NCBI GenBank assembly: GCA_964106915.2
Contig: OZ066931.1
Source of the DNA: Podarcis gaigeae
Lineage: Eukaryota
Strand: one strand, 5' to 3'
Length of the DNA stretch: 64,000 nucleotides
Shown here: piece after piece, positions 39,903 to 51,202 of the stretch
Numbering within the stretch: position 1 is the stretch's first letter
Layout of the letters: every line of letters begins with the position of its first letter
Program-made: the position numbers and the translations under genes
The notes under the pieces: generated by a model
What the model was told of the DNA's origin: nothing
The model's input: only the letters and a program-made list of their open reading frames with translations
The model's database searches: none

Positions 39903-40809
39903 CAGGGGTAACAACCTAAGGCCCATGGGCCATAAGCGGCCCATGGGGATTGTCTAACCAGCCCATGGACCCCCGCTGTCTGCTTGGGGACCCCCACCCA
40001 CCCACTCAGTCGGCTCCCGTGTGCCACGCTAAACCATAGCTGTCAACTGTCCCTTATTTGGCGGGAAACTCCCTTATCCCATCGCTGTGTCTTGCTGCTG
40101 TCCCGGACAGATGATGTCCCTTAAATTTCCCAGTTTTCATGCTCGCCCGGCTCAGGAGGGAAGCAGCGGCTCTAGGTCCTCCGCCTCGAGACAGCGCGCA
40201 CATGAGCTGCTGCATCTCCGTCTCTCCCTTTTCCCCCTGAGGGGCGTGACGTGAGGAGACGGGTGGCGGTTGGTGGGCAGGCAGCCCCTCTCCTGCGAGA
40301 CGTCTGCCGCGCTGCCAGGGGAAGCCGGAGGTGGCAGCGGCTGAGGAGGCGGCCTGAGGGAGGAGGAAGATGAGGGGATGGGGAGGGATGCAAAAGGGCG
40401 GCACTTTAGCGACCGCCGCGGCACCGCAACCACCTCATGCCGGGCTCGCGTGCGGCGTGCGCGAGAGTCTCTCTCCCTCCCTCTCGGGGGTGGGGGGAAG
40501 GGCTGATGGAACTCGTGAGCTAAGCAAAATCCCTTATTTTGGCTGCTGCTCCCTTATTTTCGAGGCTGCTGCTCCCTTATTTTCGAGGCTGCTGGTCCCC
40601 TATTTTCAAATCTGTAAGTTGACAGCTATGCGCTAAACCAGTGTGCAGTAGAGCGGGGACCGCCTTCCGCGATGCTGGCCAGCACACCCCCATGCCAGAA
40701 GGAGTGCCGGAAACAGCATTTGCGCATGAGTGCATGCGCACTCCCGGCCCCCTGGCACGTCTGCGGGACTGTGAACCGGCCCAAGTCACAAAAACTTTGC
40801 CGAGCCCTG
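39903..40809. mobile_element. hAT-Charlie element hosting a nested hAT
   Basis: CAGGGGTAACAAC / TTTGCCGAGCCCTG; perfect TSD ctctagtc. Confidence 0.88.
40035..40630. mobile_element. Young GC-rich hAT nested in the Charlie element
   Basis: Perfect 14-bp TIR CATAGCTGTCAACT / AGTTGACAGCTATG; perfect TSD cgctaaac. Confidence 0.92.
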
Positions 40810-41795
40810 CTCTAGTCAATCCCATTGCTGCTGCTTAGGTAGAAAGGGAGAATGGAGGACGACACAATACAAGTACCCCAGTGGGAACACCTGATGGTCT
40901 CTGCTTGTCTCTTTACACTGCCAGCTTTGCCACCCCCTTGCCTCTTGCCCTGGTGTTTTTCTGCTGGGTATTGTAGGCAGTCCTGGGACTGCACCATGAC
41001 TCAACAGGAGATCTGACTTCTGAGTCTTTACATGCAAATGTGTCTGCTTGCAACACAGAGAGACACAGACACAGAGAGATGTCAGCAGGCAGAGAAAGGA
41101 GACAGATGCATTTTGATTAAGTTCTCTCTGGGACCAGAGGGAGAAATACTCTATGGAGCTGAGCCGTTGCTGGGTTTTGCAATGTATCTTTTTTTTTTTT
41201 TAGTTGTTTTGCAACGTTTAAATATTTAGGACTCCCCCACCCCACCCCCACAGTAAAGCTTTAAAACTCATTTCTTGTGATAAATAAAATTCATTTCTGC
41301 ACAAGAGTCCAGATCTGGGAGTTTCGTTGTACAACTCTAACAACCAGAAGCAAACAAGGGCTGGCCCACACTTCTGTGTGTCCTACTGCTTCCTGCCAGA
41401 GAAACCAGCTCTTTGCTGAATATGGAACCAATGGCAATGGGTTTTCTACAGAATGCTGTTTGTTCCGATTCAGCAGTAAAGAGTGGGTTTTCCTAGGGAA
41501 ATCTGCGAGGCAAAGGCAAAATCACTTGGACCTATACTTTCTAGGCAAAGGGACAAGTGGAAGTCTGGACAACCCCCAAATTGGGTGGTGCTCCCCTAAT
41601 TCATAAACAGACTAGACACATTTAATTTCAGCGTCTATATGACCAAAGTTAATTGTTCATTAGCTTTGATGATTTATACTCCACCTTTTGATTGAGATAT
41701 CTCCAAAGCGGCTTCCAGTAGATTATAAAATATATAGCAAACCCCACACATACAGAAATAACCGCAAGAGCCCGAGTCTTGCCATAGTCTCTCAC

Positions 41796-41939
41796 CTTTT
41801 CGGGTACTCAGCTTTGTGCTTGATTTCCTCCTTTGGACTTTAATGGCAATTGCTATTAGTAAAAATAATGCCAGCAGACAAATTGGTAGGATGAATGAGA
41901 GGGGAGATTTCCCCCTGTTATGTGCTGGAGTTGTTTTAT
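41796..41939 (-). CDS. PDCD1LG2: PD-L2 transmembrane exon
   Basis: tttacag|...|gtgaga; 144 nt, phase 1-1. Hydrophobic LSFILPICLLALFLLIAIAI followed by basic KVQRRK. Confidence 0.85.
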
Positions 41940-42255
41940 CTGTAAACAGGAAAATTAAAATATGTATATTATCCCAAACACAATCTGATACATTGCCCAG
42001 TTTGATCAAAGAAGCAGGATATAATTAATTAGGAATTTTTAAAAAAATCCGTTTTCATAATTCTCCCTGCAATTGAAGCTGTTTCTTGTACGGACAGTGA
42101 GCTAACGCTACAAAAATCACCAGGTGCTGTGATGCTACCAAGAGCATCCATTGGTACATCTTGGTGATAGTGCATATTGGTATTTAACTCACCCTTGGGA
42201 CCAGCTGATTGTAGGGGCGTGCTACAGATTAATGTGAAACCACACAAGTTTTTAC

Positions 42256-42540
42256 CTTGCAAAACCACTGATATGTGGGCTGATGTCTCCTGATTCAGTT
42301 CCTGATTCCAGAATGCACAGCTGTAGTTTCCAGGAGCGCTTGGTTTGACTCTCAGGATGCTGGTTATGTTGAAAAGTCCATCCCTTGTCATTTCATATGT
42401 AGTGTTTGCATGTATGCTGGCATTCAGATCCCTCTCATAGTGCCAAGAAACTTCAGCCAGAGGGTACCCTTCTGAATGGCAAGCTAAAAACAAGTCTTCT
42501 TCCTCTCTTCTTTCCTGTAGATTGATTCTTTTGTAGGGTG
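42256..42540 (-). CDS. PDCD1LG2: PD-L2 IgC exon
   Basis: cttgcag|...|gtaaaa; 285 nt, phase 1-1. APYKRINLQERREEEDLFLACHSEGYPLAEVSW...ANTTY...NYSCAFWN; GYPLAEVSW and NxSCxFWN are PD-L2-type. Confidence 0.9.
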
Positions 42541-43303
42541 CTGCAAGAAGTGGAGGACAGTATCACAGAGCGCTTTGCAGTATTTTGGTGGCACTTTTCC
42601 CGTTTCTCTTCCTTTTGGTTGATTTACACAACCATCATATAAGAGAAGACCCATGCTTTGAACTAAGCAAGAAGGGACATTGCATACATCTTGCATTTAA
42701 TGTGCACATCTTTAAAATACGTTGGAAGAAACAAACCAGGAGATTTAGTTCAGGCACAGCAAGAAGCCAAGGCTTTCTACTTTGCTTATCCTGCCTGGGC
42801 CAGGAGGTTAGCAAGGGGTTAGTTTTCCTGAAGGGAAACAGGAATGCAAACTCTGCATACTTCTCTCAAACCTAGAGACACATACAGTACTAACCCTACA
42901 ATTCCAATAACACACACATGTTGAAAGTTGCAGCACATGCAGAAGCCACTCTTTTTTCTTCTCCAAATTCTCACATAAATAACTGCAAATAACTTTTTTT
43001 TTAAAGCTAGGAAAGAAGTATAATTAACTTTTTTTAAAAGACAGGAAAGATGTAGATCTAGTGGAACAACCACCATTGCATACAGCTGTATACACATAAG
43101 AGCCCTTTTCTGTGGGTTCAAAGCTGTGGAAAGTGTTAATCAGTTCCTTTCTTAAAAAACAAAGGATTAAAATGACACCCTGTGTTCAGCATTCTTGCCT
43201 CCAGAGGAAACTAAGGCTGCAAATCATTCTCTTAGATTCTCACTGCTTGGGTGCAATAATACAGTATTACAATATATATATTGTAAGTTATGCAGCTACC
43301 AAC

Positions 43304-43660
43304 CTTCAACTTCCAAAGTAATGTACTTGTAGTCTGCTCCCTCGTATTTAACAACACAGATGTAATCTCCTGCATCTGTGAGCTTTATGTTGGTGATAGA
43401 CAACAAAGAAAGTCCTTTGCCTAACTCCTCACGTGACAATGACGCTCTCCCATGATAATCAGAATCCTGATGGGTGAGGTCTTCTTGGCCATTGGTGAGC
43501 TTGTAGACTTCTTTGTCCCCCAGTGACAGCTTTCTTTGCCACGAAACACTTAGTCCCATCAAATTTAATGGGGAATGGACTGGAAAGCGACATCCCATAA
43601 TCACATCACTCCCGTACTCCACAGTGTAACGTGGCTGAAGAACTTTGACTGTGAATAAAG
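43304..43660 (-). CDS. PDCD1LG2: PD-L2 IgV exon
   Basis: ctctcag|...|gttggt; 357 nt, phase 1-1. ALFTVKVLQPRYTVEYGSDVIMGC...SVSW...DAGDYIC...EGADYKYITLEVE: B7-family IgV with the PD-ligand ADYK motif. Confidence 0.9.
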
Positions 43661-44684
43661 CTGAGAGGTTGAAAGAAAGCATGAGTATCTTATCATGCAA
43701 GCACCAGGATTTATGTGGAACAGAAGAAGTCCAGTGAGTCTGATATCAACAGTGTGTGGACTTCTGGTTGGCATGTCTTCTTCTTGTTCACAACTTACTG
43801 ACATGACTGCTTCCTACATGGAGGAATCAAATAGGGTAGCCCCTTTCCATGCCAATGTCACCACACTACAGTGAAAAGGAAATGCAGAATTGGGCCCTTT
43901 AAATGAGTTTCTGTGAAAACATGCCATGATTTGCTGCCATTTTTAAAGAAAGTATTTGAGTAAATTTTCACACAACCAGGATCAAACTTCAAACTCCCAT
44001 AAGACCAATTTCATGCATATTCAGTAACTATGCATTTAACACATTCAGGATGCTTATAGAGAGACGGGAGAAGATTGTAGACATCTTCTTTCTTTGTTGG
44101 ACGCATAGGAGCCAACCATTCGCCTGCCCTCCCCCCAAAAGATGATGGGTATTGTCATTCAACAGATGTGCGACATGCCGTGCCATGTGATCGATTTTGC
44201 AGGGCAGGGCTCAAGTGGGCCCTCCAAAAATTTAATTTACATTGGCACTCCTAGTTGGACGATTGTCTAGCCCAGGGGTCCTTCTCACACTACCTTCCCT
44301 GAACCACTCTGCAAGGCTGGGCTCACGTGCATGTCCTGGGCACCATGAGGACACATTCCATTGCTGTTACTACAGACCAAAGAGACAACCCATTTGGGAC
44401 ACCAAACTGACGGAGACCTGAGTAAGAGCATCTCAGGGCTCAGGAATATTTCCTGAGGACTGCAAAGGTGCAAGGAAAGTGCCTAGCAGCCAAGAATTGC
44501 AATCCACCATCCACAATGGCTGAATATTCGTTAATGGTAGACTTTTTCTGACCCTGGCACTCAGGAACGTGTGACCCGCCCAACCCTTCCAGGTAGCTCT
44601 GAAGCTCTTAGACTTCAAATCCAAAGGGAAATGTACAACTCTTTGAGGATTTCATTGTAAACCTGCCCAAATGAAAGCTCTCAC

Positions 44685-44739
44685 CTGCAATCATATGAAG
44701 CTGGATTTCCAGTAGCACAACTGGCAGCAGTTTGGACAT
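44685..44739 (-). CDS. PDCD1LG2: PD-L2 signal-peptide exon (exon 44685-44753; an in-frame upstream ATG at 44751 would add MSRQ)
   Basis: ctttcag|14-nt leader|ATG...|gtgaga; 55 coding nt, MSKLLPVVLLEIQLHMIA. Resembles PD-L2 'LELQLHQIAALFTV' rather than PD-L1. Adjacent to RIC1 as in mammals. Confidence 0.85.
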
Positions 44740-45009
44740 TTGCCTAGACATATCTGAAAGGCAATGTTGACATGATAAACATCCTACATTGTGGCATATA
44801 AACAACTGCTCTGCCAAAGAATGCATGTCTTTATGATTCAGTAATATACCCCTAAAAGAAGAGAATTCGACAGCTGGGATACATGTTTTGAACCTGACCT
44901 TATTCTCTGTTTTAAACTGTACTTTCGATGATGTATTAAGTATTAGTTTTATCTGATTTTAAATTGCCTCACGGCTTTGCTGTAACCCCTTCCGGGTGGG
45001 TAAGAAACA

Positions 45010-45835
45010 CAATACACATGGCTCACAATTTGAAAAAGAAATTTTACAAAATATGGATAAACCTTTGTCTAAAATGTATAACTTTCTACTAGAATGGGAA
45101 ACAAAAGATGAGCTGGTTAAAGCTTCAATGACACACTGGGCAATAGATATAGGACACAATATAGAGCTCAACCTCTAGGAGAAACTCTGGAAAAGCGACC
45201 TGAAATTTACTGCATGTTATTCACTGAAAGAGAATGACCTAAAAATGATTAATAGATGGTACTTAACTCCGAGTAGATTGGCTAAGATTGATGTGTTGGA
45301 AGTGTAAAGAAATGGAGGACATGTTTTTTCTCATGTGGTAGACATGTAAAAAGGTAAAAGTGCATTGGGAAATGATTTATAATGAATTGAAAAAAATGTT
45401 TAAAATTACTTTGCTCCCCAAAACAGAGTCCTTTTAGTTGGGGATAACCCAGACTGAAATTCCTAGGTGTCAGAGAAAATTATTTATGTATGCAACAACT
45501 GCGGCCCATATTTTGTTAGCCCCAAAATGGAAAGTGAGTGAGGTCCAAACTAAAGATTGGCAGCTTAAATTGACAGAATATGCACAACTTGCAGATTTAT
45601 CATATAGAATAAGAGAGCAAGAAGAACATACATATAAAGAAGAGTGGAAAACATTTATTGAATATATGGAAAATAACTGTATACAGCTGAAAATACTGGC
45701 AGCATTGAGATAAATTCAACAGAGCAAATAATTTTTGATGGATGTAAAAGCTGATTTGAATGGTTATAGTAAAATATGCAGGGATGCATGACAGGTAAAA
45801 TGAACCATGGAAAGAGAAGAGGTCATTGTTTCATA
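45010..45835 (+). mobile_element. L1-clade LINE ORF2 3' fragment, antisense in the PD-L2 upstream intron
   Basis: Decayed C-terminal motifs (CWKC...HxW; LFMYATTAAHILLAPKWK...DWQLKLTEYAQLA); A-rich; stops and frameshifts. Confidence 0.8.
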
Positions 45836-46456
45836 AAATTTGCAATTTAAGTAATAAGGTGCCAAAGTTGCTAGACTCTCGCTCCCCCCCCCGCAAAGCT
45901 CCATGAACACATACCTGGCTAACTCCAAGACGGCATCGGTTTGTATGCTTCATGCAGCCTTCCAAGAAGAAATGTTCTAACCAACAGGAACTGATCCAGC
46001 TGCATTACAACTGGAGATGTCAGCTAGTATAGGGTCTGACAACCAGGAATGGATGAATCAGCCTATTTTTCATCCATATCATTTGCATATGTCTTTAGTC
46101 GTAAGTCTGTCTCATCCCATAGCCACATTAATCAGCATGTGTTTGTTTGTGTGTGTGTGATCTCTCTCTCACAAAAACCACACTTAAATATGTACAATCG
46201 TACCTCGTTTTGCGGTCGGGATCCATTTTGGAGCCCCAGCCGCTAGCCGAAAAGAATGCAGGGCAAAGCGCCATGTCTGCGCATGGAGTGGTTTAAGCTT
46301 CTGCACATGTGCAAAGCGTAATGTAGTGCTTCTGTGCATGCGTGAGCGGCAAAACCGGAAGTAACCCGTTCTAGTACTTCCGAGTTTGCCGCGGACATTC
46401 ACTAGAATGGATGTTTGCTGAGGTATTACTGTACTTTAAACTTAACTTTCTATATA

Positions 46457-46682
46457 TTGTATTTTTCCATATATAAGACACTCTTCCCATGTATAAGACG
46501 ACCCCTAATTTTTTGGAACCCCAAATTAAGAAATCAACATTTTAAAATAGTTAGGGTTGCCGTATTTCAAGAGCCAGAATTCGAACCCTTGTGCATTCAC
46601 CATCCGTGTATAAGACGACTCCCAATTTTTGACTATTTTTTTTAGCAAAAAAACCCATCGTTTTATACACGGGAAAATACGG
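46457..46682. mobile_element. Tc1/mariner-type MITE
   Basis: TGTATTTTTCCATATATAAGAC / GTTTTATACACGGGAAAATACGG inverted ends. Confidence 0.65.
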
Positions 46683-47068
46683 TCTTTTTTTTTTTTGAAA
46701 CATTTCTCTCTCAAAATATACATTTTAAAATGCATTTTGATATTGGTTTTGAGCCAAGAACCAACAACAGTGGTGTGGTCTCGGACAGGGGAGATGCAAA
46801 GAATCCAATTTGGAGGCTGAACCCTCACCACCACTGCAAGGCGCACCAATATTCGGGGCCAAAGGATGAGATCTATTTTACATTTTCCACCTTAATGCTA
46901 CACCCGATATTTGCCATCTGAGGTAGGATCTTCAGAGTACGTCCTGATCAGGCTACCTTGTGCTGAAAAGCAAGGAAATGCAGGACTGAGCTACGCTCAT
47001 TTTCAATAGTTAGCATGATAAAGGTGCTACCAGTAAGAATGGCACTGGCAGTAGCTTCCACCTTCCTT

Positions 47069-47414
47069 AAAGAGGTAAAGGGACCCCTGACCATTAGGTC
47101 CAGTCGTGACCGACTCTGGGGTTGTGGCACTCATCTCACTTTACTGGCCAAGGGAGCTGGCGTACAGCTTCCGGGTCATGTGGCCAGCATGACTAAGCCG
47201 CTTCTGGCGAACCAGAGCAGCGCACGGAAACGCCGTTTACCTTCCCGCCGGAGCGGTACCTATTTATCTACTTGCACTTTGACGTGCTTTCAAACTGCTA
47301 GGTTGGCAGGAGCAGGGACCGAGCAATGGGAGATCACCCCGTCACGGGGATTCGAACCGCTGACCTTCTGAGTCCTAGGCTCTGTGGTTTAACCCACAGC
47401 GCCACCCGCATCCC
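47069..47414 (-). mobile_element. Sauria SINE carrying the 3' flank of the 32.4-kb copy
   Basis: Full-length SINE on minus; 47023-47068 is the reverse complement of the unique flank 32706-32751. Confidence 0.9.
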
Positions 47415-48210
47415 TTAATTATATCATGAGCCTGCCCCATATCGTCCCCAGATGCAGCTTCTGCACATGCTGAGAAGCACACATTCCTTGACTCAAATAT
47501 GCTGCCATGAATGATAAAGAGAGAGAGAGCAGGCCAAGTAAGATTGGAAACTCATTTTTTCACCTCTTCACCTCTGATTTGAATTGCCCAACCTATGCTC
47601 CATGCAAATTCCCCACAGGGAACAGAGGGGACAACCCAAAAACAGTATAGATCTCACTCAGCATTTTGCCCATTACTCTTACTTGTCACTTTTGAGTTTA
47701 AGGGTAAAAAGGAGAAAGGAGGAGGAAAGGAGAACTCCAACCAGGAGTTCTGCTGACTTTGCTGCCACCAACTCCCCTGACCTATCCCATTCAGCATAGG
47801 TGCCCCCATGAAGGAGCCGGGCACCCACAAATTTTGATGCCAGGGCCATGCACCCTGCATGGCAACCATGGCTGTGGGCATCCACGATCACAGGGCCAAA
47901 TTGGCACTCCTGCCCATCAGCACAGGACCACTACTGCTTGGAGAAGACCACTGCTTCCCCTACCCTTTCTGAGCCGCTGCTGTGAGGCACCAGATTCCCA
48001 TGCGCACAGCCCATGCTGTGCAGCAAGTCTTGAACTGGCCAGGTGGGACATTTAACATGGACAGTGGTCTGCAGCTTTACCTGGATGTGTTGTTCTGCAC
48101 AGCTAGCTTATTAATTTATCACCTTTGTACCTTGCCGTTCCATAAACAATGCTGACAACATGGCCGACAACAATAAAAAACCCAATTAAAAATGTACCGT
48201 GTGTGTGCGT

Positions 48211-48249
<39 letters not shown>

Positions 48250-48714
48250 ACAACAGTAAAGCTGTCGTGGGATAAAGAACATTTGTTATGGGACAGTCTA
48301 AAAACTGGGAAGGAGGCGCAGACTTTGGACTTCGTTGGTTTCTTTGGACTTCAATGGGAGTTTTTTTTACCACCACCCTGGAGTCTACCAACGGGAGAGA
48401 GCAGACATACATTAGGAATTAATGAAGATGCCCTGGGCACAACCTCAGGGCAAAATGTTGTGATCAGTAGCAGAACCGCAGGTCCTTTCCACCGCAGTCT
48501 ACTCCTGATCTCCGCCATAGGGTTCTGTTGTGGCTGTGTACACCAACTTCAAGGCACATTCTAAGTAAGTACACACTATTCTAGGGTTGCCGTATTTTGA
48601 AGAGCAAAGAAGAGGCCTGGGGCAGGGGGCGGAGAGGGATGTGGGAGAGAAGATGTTTACCTAGATAGCCCTATAATGCCAGTGTACTGGAAGAAGCAAA
48701 GATCATCATGAAGT

Positions 48715-49222
48715 AATGATTCTTCAACATCAGCTTCATTGGACTGGTCATGTTGTTTGGATGCAATGATTCTTCAACATGGTCATGTTGTTTGGATGCG
48801 TGATTAGCGTATTCCAAAGGAACTACTCTACTCTGAACTTAAAAATGAAAAGCGTAATGCTGGTGGTCAACAAAAGAGGTTTAAAGACTCTCTCAAGGCA
48901 AATATTAAAAAATGTAGTATAAACACTGACAACTGGGAAACACTGGCCTGCGAACGCTCCAATTGGAGAACAGCCTTTACCAAAGGTGCCATGGACTTTG
49001 AAGATACTCAAACTCAGGACGAAAGAGAGAAGCGTGCTAAGAGGAAGGCACGTTTGGCAACCCTCAACGTGATCAACTCCCACCCGGAAACCTATGTCCC
49101 CACGGTGGAAGGATGTGTGGGTCCAGAATTGGCCTCCACAGTCACTTACTGACTCACTTTTAAAACCGTGTTTATAGAATGACTATTTTACTCGGCTACG
49201 AGTGATCGCCAAAGAAGAAGAA
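48715..49222 (+). mobile_element. RTE-clade LINE 3' fragment
   Basis: QLHWTGHVV...RIPKELLYSELK...GGQQKRFKDSLK...RIGLHSHL; short (GAA)n tail. Confidence 0.82.
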
Positions 49223-50463
49223 AATGGCTTGGTCTTGCAGGATCCTTGTTATGGACCTATGGGCTCAGCCCAGAAGCTTTAACCAGTGTGTCATGTTGGC
49301 TTTCAGCTTCATTATTGAGATAATTCTCTAAGGCCCTGTTCTCCCTCCATCTTAAGCACAGTATGTGAGTCATGGGATGGGGGCTTTCTGATGTTGACGA
49401 CAAGAAAGGAACTTCAGCCTCATCACAGCACTACTTTTAATGAGTAGGTTCCCCCTCCAGCATATGACTTTGAGTTTATTGTTGTTTTAGCCTAATTGTT
49501 GGCATTTGATTGTTCGACATTGTTTTAATTTCCTATCACGTTGTTTGCTACCTTGATTTATTTTTCTTTTATGGGAAAGAAGGAGACAACTGTTGAAAAT
49601 AAGTAAAAGAATAACCAAACATGCATGTCTGAATCAGCTCTTGTCCAATTTAACACTCCCAGAATGACAATTCCCAAGGACACGCAGGACATGTCCTCTT
49701 TTAGTACCAAAAAGAGGTACTAAAGAGGTGCTCCCTTTAGTACCAAAGAAAAAAATGAGGACGTTTTGGCAAATTCCAAAAATCCACCAGGAGAGAAATT
49801 TTACTCCTGAAAATGAGGACATGTCCTGGAAAAAGAGGACATATGGCAACCCTACATCCCCCCTCCTAGAATACTGGGCACTGTAGTTTACCCCTCACAA
49901 AGTTAAAATTCCAACCATCCCTTAACAAACTACAGTGCCCATAATTCTTTAAGGGAAATAATGTGTTTTAAAGGTATAATGGACACACATACCTACTTTA
50001 GATTGGTGGGAGGCTGTTAGACAACTGGGGGTCTGATCTACTGCAAATCACCTAGAGATCTACCAGTGGATTCTGATCTAGCTTCTGCCCACTGCATAAT
50101 GTCAATAAACACATAAAAATTTACACACACACACACACACACGTTCCTTTCCTTGTTTAAAGATTTGGCCATGATTAATCTTCACCAATTCCCTTCACAT
50201 CTCATGTTTTCCAAGAGAGCTGCCTGACAATCCAGACAAATTATTTGTTCTAGAGCATATTAGAAATACTGATGTTCTGTATCAGAATTATATTCACCTC
50301 AAGATTTAAGGCCGATCTCCTTCACAGTGGAATTTGTTGTCCCAGGCAAAAGAGCGCCTCCTTGATGTATGTGCCTTGAGACAGCCAGAGAGGAACAAGG
50401 TATCATGCTTCATTGCCAGAGTCTTCTCTCATGAATAAAATGCTGAACTCCAATAACTAGCTT

Positions 50464-50533
50464 TTCTGAAGAAAGTGGTTGGATAGATGCCAGCCTTCTT
50501 TCGGGAAATGAAGTGCTTGTGGTTTCTCTTTCA
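50464..50533. promoter_or_regulatory. Candidate cytokine-responsive PD-L2 promoter module (STAT6 + ISRE)
   Basis: TTCTGAAGAA (TTC-N4-GAA) 50464-50473; TTTCGGGAAA 50499-50508; ISRE TGAAAGAGAAACC on minus 50521-50533; minus-strand donor GAG|GTGAAT at 50298. Confidence 0.4.
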
Positions 50534-50798
50534 TTGTCACTGTTGCGGGTTGTACTTTTGTATTCAGTTGTTCTGCATTCTAAAAGCAAAACAAAGCAGC
50601 TGCATACTGTACTTCCTTGTGTAATCAAGGGTCATGGCAGCACATCTGACCTACATCTTTCTGCAGCAGGAGCACTGCTTTGTTTGAAAATAACAGCAAG
50701 CTGACAGCTCTTCAGCACCCTGAATATCCAATATGCACTCCTAGGTGATGAATGACAAAGATCATGGCTTAACTTTGTGCTTTCTTCTCTGATTATGC

Positions 50799-51038
50799 TG
50801 TACTTTGGCCACCTCATGAGAAGAGAAGACTCCCTGGAAAAGACCCTGATGTTGGGAAAGATGGAGGGCACAAGGAGAAGGGGACGACAGAGGATGAGAT
50901 GGTTGGACAGTGTTCTCGAAGCTACAAACATGAGTCCGACCAAACTGCGAGAGGCAGTGGAAGACAGGAGTGCTTGGAGTGCTTTGGTTCATGGGGTCAC
51001 GAAGAGTCGGACACGACTAAACAGCTAAACAACAACAA
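50799..51038 (+). mobile_element. Bov-B 3' fragment
   Basis: YFGHLMRREDSLEKTLMLGKMEG...; (AAC)n tail. Confidence 0.9.
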
Positions 51039-51059
51039 GCCCAGAGAGACTCTTTGCAA

Positions 51060-51202
51060 NNNNNNNNNNNNNNNNNNNNNNNNNNNNNNNNNNNNNNNNN
51101 NNNNNNNNNNNNNNNNNNNNNNNNNNNNNNNNNNNNNNNNNNNNNNNNNNNNNNNNNNNNNNNNNNNNNNNNNNNNNNNNNNNNNNNNNNNNNNNNNNNN
51201 NN
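51060..51202. other. Assembly gap (run of N)
   Basis: 143 N characters. Confidence 1.

Noticed and set aside
41796-44753. Calling the B7-family gene CD274 (PD-L1)
   Set aside because: The IgV looks PD-L1-like, but the signal exon, IgC motifs, DYKY and adjacency to RIC1 favour PDCD1LG2.
48582-49854. One hAT element bounded by TAGGGTTGCC / GGCAACCCTA
   Set aside because: The ends match, but there is no TSD and the interior is heterogeneous; cannot show it is a single element.
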